The position numbers were made by a program, and so were the translations under genes. Shown in pieces: positions 34,145 to 39,327 of a stretch of DNA of 39,327 bases. Origin of the DNA: a virus. Taxonomy: Duplodnaviria > Caudoviricetes. The stretch is from IMG/VR virus record IMGVR_UViG_3300012953_006722, positions 1 through 39,327 of that record; one strand, written 5' to 3'. Below the pieces are notes generated by a model that saw nothing but the letters and a program-made list of their open reading frames with translations, did not search any database and was not told the DNA's origin. How positions within the stretch are numbered: the first letter of the stretch is position 1; each line of letters starts with the position of its first letter.

Positions 34145-37100
34145 TAGTCTCTAAGTAGACCTCCCAAACGTTGCTCTTGTTGAATGACTTCTCTCACGGC
34201 ATCCTTGATCTTCGCTCCCAACTCTTGACCACGCCTAGCTCCCTTGGCGTCTCCTTCGTTACTCTCATTACTAGTTCCATTCGAGTTGACAGTAATGTTA
34301 ATCTTTGTGTCGCCCCTAGAAACCTCGGCAATATTGTCCAGCTTATCTAACACCTCTCTGCCGCCACCACCGAGTGATCCTCCAGCGTTAAGAGTTTCTA
34401 AGTTGTTAGCGCCAAGTCTCTGTGTCGCAGAGGAATTCATTACGAATTCACCACCTGTCAGCATAGAAGGTATAGTATCTTGTCCTGCGGCATAAGGGAC
34501 GGCTCCTCCTGTGTTATACGCTCCTTGGGAAGGACTGGCAGAAATTTTTGCGTAAGGGTCCATACCTGCTGTTCCAGCGGGATTTCTTTTCCTTAGTCTT
34601 CCTGTCCCAAATGCAAGAGCGCCACTAAGTGCAGCGATCCCCAAACTTCTCCAAAGTTGGTCCTTCTGAGCTTTCTTTTGCTCTGCCAATTCTGCGGCTC
34701 TGCGCTTCCTATCCTCATCTTGACCTAACTGCTGAACATATAAATCAAAAGCTTCTCTCTTAGCATCCTGCACCCTTTTGAAAGTCGCATTATTGCGGCG
34801 ACCCCACTGTGTTAATCTGGGGCTCTCTGGCTCCAAAAATGCAGAAACAAAATCTTTGCCACTTCTTATCTGATCCGTTTTACCACCTGTGTAGCTTTGA
34901 GTGGCGAAACCAAGCAGATTACTCTTTCCGCTGATAGCTCCCTGACCCCTAGTTCCTGGGATAAAGAATCCACCATCGGCCATCTTGGGAATAGAACCAT
35001 CATTTAAAGCTTTCATGAAGTCGGCGCCGTATTTGCCCACGGCCTTTTTCCGCATCACAAATTCTCCACCCATCAGCAATGCGGGAACGTCGTCCTTCAT
35101 TCCTGATCCTCCGCGCACGGAACCGCCTCTTGCAGCCTTGGTAATTCCACCACCTCCAATACCACCTACAATACCGCTTACCAAATTATCTACAGCCCTA
35201 TCCATGAAGGCTTTGGCCATAGTGTTAAGGAAGCCTGTGGCCGCTCCAAGAAGAACATCCTTTAAGCTCTCACCCTTGGCTATGGCATCTACCATTCCGT
35301 GGCTGAGTTCAGTGGTAAACGCTCTGGCGGCACCTACAAATTTTTCATTAAATTGGCTGGCGATTTCAGAATCTTTCTTAACAAATTCCTTCTCAAAAGT
35401 ATCGCCAAGAGAAGTATTGATGGCCAACCTTTTCTCTTCTAGCCTAATTAACTCCTCTTCAAGTTCTACGAGATTTGCACCCTCTTGGGTCATCTTTTTC
35501 TTAACCGCGAAGACCTGCTGAAGAATCTTGATCTCCTCCCGCGCCCGCATGGAGCCAGCGTGAGTCGTGGACAATCGACCCTGAAGCTTCAGATCCTCCA
35601 ACACCCTCCTTTCATCTTCACCCCCTATGATTCGCGCTCTCTCCACAGGATCAGTAGTCGCCCCTAAAGCCGACGTTTCCCTTCCTTGCCTCGCCGTTGC
35701 CCTTGCAGCGTCAATTAGACCTGTGGCAGAAGTTTGCCTAAATAAATTAAATTTAAGATCTTCCCCCTGCTGCTTTAACCCATCGACATATGATTGAACC
35801 TGCTCGGCAAAATCGTTAGTAACATCGGCCCCCTCCTTTTGAGATGTGGTTAGTCTTCTAATCGCCGCGTCATAGTCGTTCCGAGCTATTTGCCCACTGT
35901 CTACAAAAAGTTTCAACTGTTGCTTGGCCTCTGCAATTGCAGCGGGATCACCACTTCGTCGAGCCTGTATCTCCACCTCTGCCGCCCGCCTCGTCGCATC
36001 TATGTTAGCATCTATACCCTTCATCCGCGCTTCATTAGCAACCACGCTCTTGCTTCCCCCTGGAGTCATGTTGGCATCACCACCCTTTATACCCAAAGCT
36101 CGTAGCACTCCTGCTACGGCTGCACTCCCAAAATCCCTACCCGCCGCCACTACAGTGCTGTAAAAACCAGAACCTGCATCCAATATTGTTTTAGATTGTA
36201 AGAGCAAATCTATTTTCGATTGTGCCGCAGCCTTAATGCGCTCTTCTTCCGCATTGCGAGCCATCCCTTCGAGATTGTCTATTATTTGATCAAAATCGGC
36301 TCCAGTCAGCGAAGTTTTTATAGCCTCTGCCACGCTCATGTTTTGGATTCCTCCAGCGCGAGTAATGTTCATTCGTGATTCTGGGTCTATTCCAGACTCT
36401 TTTGCTAAATCGACAAGGCTAGTTCTGAATTGTGCGGCTCGCTCAAGTTTTGCAGCCTCGAATTCCAAATCTAATTGCTTCTTCTTTTCTTTGGTGATGT
36501 TTTTCTGTAGCTGTAATTTGCGATCTTGCCCTGCCCCTACCATTTTCGCTTCCATTTTTGCTATGTCCAGATCGATCTTGCTGACTTCAAGTTTGCTCTT
36601 GGACAACTCCGTCGCAACTGACAGTTGCAATTTTAAAATACGCAACCGATCACTCTCCCTTTGAAGGCTTGAGTCTAACAGGGCTTTTTCAAAACGGGCC
36701 TCTGCCACCTCCAGCTTTTTAAGCTTCAGCTTTGCATTGGCGTGACCGATTTGCTCCCTCATGAGGGCGGTTATTGCGTTTTGCGAGTCCTCCTGTAAGT
36801 TTAGGCTGCCTACTTGGTTTTGTAACTCCTCCTCGACTTTCTCTGTAAATCCCCCTTGTTCTACTATTAGAGCGTTAATAGTCCGCACTGCCTCTTGAAT
36901 GTCATCAAAGTCTTTTGCACTGATTGTCTCATTTGGGTTTTTTGATTTTAACCTCTCTGCAAAAGTGCCCTCGTCTTGAACTAGTTTGGATAGAAGTTTT
37001 ATTTGGTCTGCTATTGCGCCCTTCTCTAATTCTCTTACCGCGAGAGTCTGCTGTATCTCATCTTTTCTCTTTTTACTGGTGGAAACCAAAGCCTTTTCTA

Positions 37101-39327
37101 TGTTAAGCTCCCTGTCTACATCAGTAGCCATCTTAACTCGCAACATGGCCATTTCTGTCATGTTGGCTATTCTAGCCTTAGCTACGCTCTCGTTAATTTG
37201 CGCGATGCGTTGCTCCTCTGTTACCTGCTCCCGTCTTACGTCCAGTATATTCAAGAACAAATCTAAGATTTCTTTCGCCGCAGCTTTATCTTTTCCAGGG
37301 TCGCCGCGCCCAGTCATGAGCATCTTTATCCTGTCGAGATTAGCTTTCTGCTCCTTGGTCATGTTCTTCTGTGCACTGTCCAGTAAGCCAGCTACTTCTC
37401 CCGACATATCCGTTACCCCGAGAGCGTCAGCAGATGTAAATCTCTCTTGAGCCTCCTTACCAGCAAAAGCAAGGGCGACCTGTTGCTCCATTGCAGCAAG
37501 TGCATCGAATTGGAGTTTTGAGATACCTGAAGTTGCGGTTCCTACGCCAAATTGAAACGCGGACCCGCCCCCATTAGTCGCCTCCGTGCCACCCATTTCT
37601 TTCACTTGGTCTAGCATTTGGTGGGTCGTTAACGGTGTCTTGCCAGCAATCATTTCGATGTTGCGCTCTAACGTCGCTTGTCGGAATGATTGTACTAATA
37701 ATTCTTTCCTTATTTCATTGGGATCATCTCCCGCTCTTTTTCCCGCAGCTTCAGACAACTCTGCCTTATTAGCTGTAGCTACAGCTTCTTGGAGAAATTT
37801 TGCAAAGTCCCCCGTAGCCTTTCCAAAAGCGCCTTGTCGCAATGCGTCCATTGCCGAACTAGCTACCTCATCCAAGGCTTTAGATGCTTTTTCCGCTGGG
37901 GTATCGATAAGGCCAAGAGCCTCACCAATCCCCGAAAGGAATCCGCCCAGATCAACACCAAACATCTTCAAGATTCCACTAACTGCTTGGAATCCAAATA
38001 TAACTTGTCCAATAACAGGTAAAAATCTTCCAAAGCCAGTGGCCAGTTTTCCTAAGCCACCACCAACAACTCTTGCAAGGCCCATGGCCCTGCCTGCCCG
38101 ATTCTGAACAGGGGGTAAGCCTTGAGCCTTTCTAATGTCGAGTCCATGAAACATATTGGGACCAGCCATTTGCGTCCTTCCCTGCTTCATAAGACTCGAA
38201 GCCCCTTTGCTTAATTTGCCCGCTGGCATCATTCCCATAAAACTCGTTCCCTGAGGAAGAGCCATCCTCATCATAGCGAGCATCATCAGTGCTTGGGTGG
38301 CATCTGTTAAGCCTGTTCCGAATTTGCTTGCGGTGTCTCCCATCTGAGAGAAAACACCAGTCAACATTGATGCCGCCATGGTTAACCCCATGAACTTCAT
38401 CATCAAGTCACCACTTGCTGCCGAAGGCGTCGTTGTTGCAAAGTTGGGAATCGCACCAGTTGGCTCATCCCGCGTATTAGTAACGCCAAGACCCATCGGG
38501 TTTCCTGCGTTTCTTAGGCGGCTGCTTTGATTGATTCTGATTTGATTAATAGGTAATCCCGCTTGACTCTCCCGCTCAATAGCGGCAGCTAAAGGATTAA
38601 CACCAGCGTAGTTAGGGATGTAGCCGTCAGCAAAAAATAAGGGGCGAAGTTCCTCCTCTCGCTTTCTCAGCATCTTATCTACTTTACCCCTGAATGCCAT
38701 TTTCGGCACATTGCTCCCCTTCTGAAACATCCCCGCGTTCTCTCGACTTATTTCTCGACGAGCCATCGACTGAATATTTTTCTGCTTTTCACCTTGGGTA
38801 AATTTTCCTCGCCTTGTTTCTTTTATTACTTTCCTATAAAAGCTTATAACACTATCTCCACCAAGGCCGACCTTGAAATCGCCAGTGTTTTGATTCGCTG
38901 GAAAACCAAACAGTTCTCGGACTTTACCTAAATTAACACCACCCCTTACATCAAAGTCGCCGCCCTTCTCTCTCACTGCCGCCCTATAATCAAGAGCTTT
39001 GCTAATGCCGACCTCAAAAGCAGATCCTATTGCTCCTGCCATAGCACCCTTGGCACCTGCTACATTCTCGAAACCTTCTTTAACCTCTTGTGTGGTTACA
39101 CTCCTGCCAAGTGGCTTTAATTGATTAACCCAGCGTTTAGTATGCTTTGTTAAAGAATTTGTGATATTTTTTGCCAAAAGGTTCTCATCTCCATCCGATG
39201 CTGTTTGTAACTTCTCACGGCGAAGTCCAAAAGCCTTTCCACCATCAATTTTTTGCCCATCAATAGTTCTTGGCCCAAGCATCGCGCCTCTCACCGTGGT
39301 GTCGGGAACCAAATAAAAGAAATTACT
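34144..39327 (-). CDS. Tail tape measure protein (5' end outside window)
   Basis: >1720 aa, long Ala/Glu/Lys-rich coiled coil, hydrophobic Gly-rich segments, GGEFV repeats, C-terminal INITVN..VIQQEQRLGGLL; frame stays open to 39327. Confidence 0.9.
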   Translation of the reverse strand, partial: SNFFYLVPDTTVRGAMLGPRTIDGQKIDGGKAFGLRREKLQTASDGDENLLAKNITNSLTKHTKRWVNQLKPLGRSVTTQEVKEGFENVAGAKGAMAGAIGSAFEVGISKALDYRAAVREKGGDFDVRGGVNLGKVRELFGFPANQNTGDFKVGLGGDSVISFYRKVIKETRRGKFTQGEKQKNIQSMARREISRENAGMFQKGSNVPKMAFRGKVDKMLRKREEELRPLFFADGYIPNYAGVNPLAAAIERESQAGLPINQIRINQSSRLRNAGNPMGLGVTNTRDEPTGAIPNFATTTPSAASGDLMMKFMGLTMAASMLTGVFSQMGDTASKFGTGLTDATQALMMLAMMRMALPQGTSFMGMMPAGKLSKGASSLMKQGRTQMAGPNMFHGLDIRKAQGLPPVQNRAGRAMGLARVVGGGLGKLATGFGRFLPVIGQVIFGFQAVSGILKMFGVDLGGFLSGIGEALGLIDTPAEKASKALDEVASSAMDALRQGAFGKATGDFAKFLQEAVATANKAELSEAAGKRAGDDPNEIRKELLVQSFRQATLERNIEMIAGKTPLTTHQMLDQVKEMGGTEATNGGGSAFQFGVGTATSGISKLQFDALAAMEQQVALAFAGKEAQERFTSADALGVTDMSGEVAGLLDSAQKNMTKEQKANLDRIKMLMTGRGDPGKDKAAAKEILDLFLNILDVRREQVTEEQRIAQINESVAKARIANMTEMAMLRVKMATDVDRELNIEKALVSTSKKRKDEIQQTLAVRELEKGAIADQIKLLSKLVQDEGTFAERLKSKNPNETISAKDFDDIQEAVRTINALIVEQGGFTEKVEEELQNQVGSLNLQEDSQNAITALMREQIGHANAKLKLKKLEVAEARFEKALLDSSLQRESDRLRILKLQLSVATELSKSKLEVSKIDLDIAKMEAKMVGAGQDRKLQLQKNITKEKKKQLDLEFEAAKLERAAQFRTSLVDLAKESGIDPESRMNITRAGGIQNMSVAEAIKTSLTGADFDQIIDNLEGMARNAEEERIKAAAQSKIDLLLQSKTILDAGSGFYSTVVAAGRDFGSAAVAGVLRALGIKGGDANMTPGGSKSVVANEARMKGIDANIDATRRAAEVEIQARRSGDPAAIAEAKQQLKLFVDSGQIARNDYDAAIRRLTTSQKEGADVTNDFAEQVQSYVDGLKQQGEDLKFNLFRQTSATGLIDAARATARQGRETSALGATTDPVERARIIGGEDERRVLEDLKLQGRLSTTHAGSMRAREEIKILQQVFAVKKKMTQEGANLVELEEELIRLEEKRLAINTSLGDTFEKEFVKKDSEIASQFNEKFVGAARAFTTELSHGMVDAIAKGESLKDVLLGAATGFLNTMAKAFMDRAVDNLVSGIVGGIGGGGITKAARGGSVRGGSGMKDDVPALLMGGEFVMRKKAVGKYGADFMKALNDGSIPKMADGGFFIPGTRGQGAISGKSNLLGFATQSYTGGKTDQIRSGKDFVSAFLEPESPRLTQWGRRNNATFKRVQDAKREAFDLYVQQLGQDEDRKRRAAELAEQKKAQKDQLWRSLGIAALSGALAFGTGRLRKRNPAGTAGMDPYAKISASPSQGAYNTGGAVPYAAGQDTIPSMLTGGEFVMNSSATQRLGANNLETLNAGGSLGGGGREVLDKLDNIAEVSRGDTKINITVNSNGTSNESNEGDAKGARRGQELGAKIKDAVREVIQQEQRLGGLLRD

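Noticed and set aside
34244-38107. Plus-strand ORFs antisense to the tape measure gene (and similar short antisense or alternate-frame ORFs elsewhere)
   Set aside because: Shadow ORFs over well-supported genes, with Ser/Leu/Pro-rich composition and no motifs
39310-39312. TTG start of the tape measure protein
   Set aside because: The frame remains open to the window end, so the real start lies outside
1-39327. tRNA/rRNA genes, CRISPR arrays, IS elements, integrase, stop-codon recoding
   Set aside because: Almost no intergenic space and no such motifs seen; TAA, TAG and TGA all end genes at family-expected positions

Overview
Gene-dense 39.3-kb fragment of a large tailed dsDNA phage genome (or a large prophage). 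Both ends fall inside genes. (1) 1-8966, minus strand: a bacterial-type replication/recombination operon. It encodes a RecA-like recombinase, a Vsr/DUF559-like nuclease, DnaB, a DnaG-like primase and an AddB/Cas4-like nuclease. It also encodes a family-C polymerase as three separate genes: a stand-alone degenerate PHP domain, a DEDDh exonuclease and a PHP-less DnaE core (the core is missing from the ORF track). (2) 8966-24644, minus strand: a 22-gene glycan biosynthesis island with two Gmd, Fcl, an RmlD-like reductase, GT11 and GT10 fucosyltransferases, GT2 x3, GT47-, GT90- and GT-D-like enzymes, a split GT9, a sulfotransferase, a methyltransferase, a mini-DegT aminotransferase and two cupins. 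(3) A class Id-type ribonucleotide reductase pair. (4) A divergent intergenic region with a perfect TTGACA-16-TATAAT promoter, phased short repeats and a 27-nt pure A/T tract (origin-like). (5) A plus-strand operon: sigma factor, SSB, GT4, FmdB-like protein. (6) Tail genes: a tape measure protein (5' truncated), a tail-tube-like protein, a gpM-like protein and a tail-like protein fused to a trypsin-like protease domain. All calls come from motif recognition by eye; no database searches were run.
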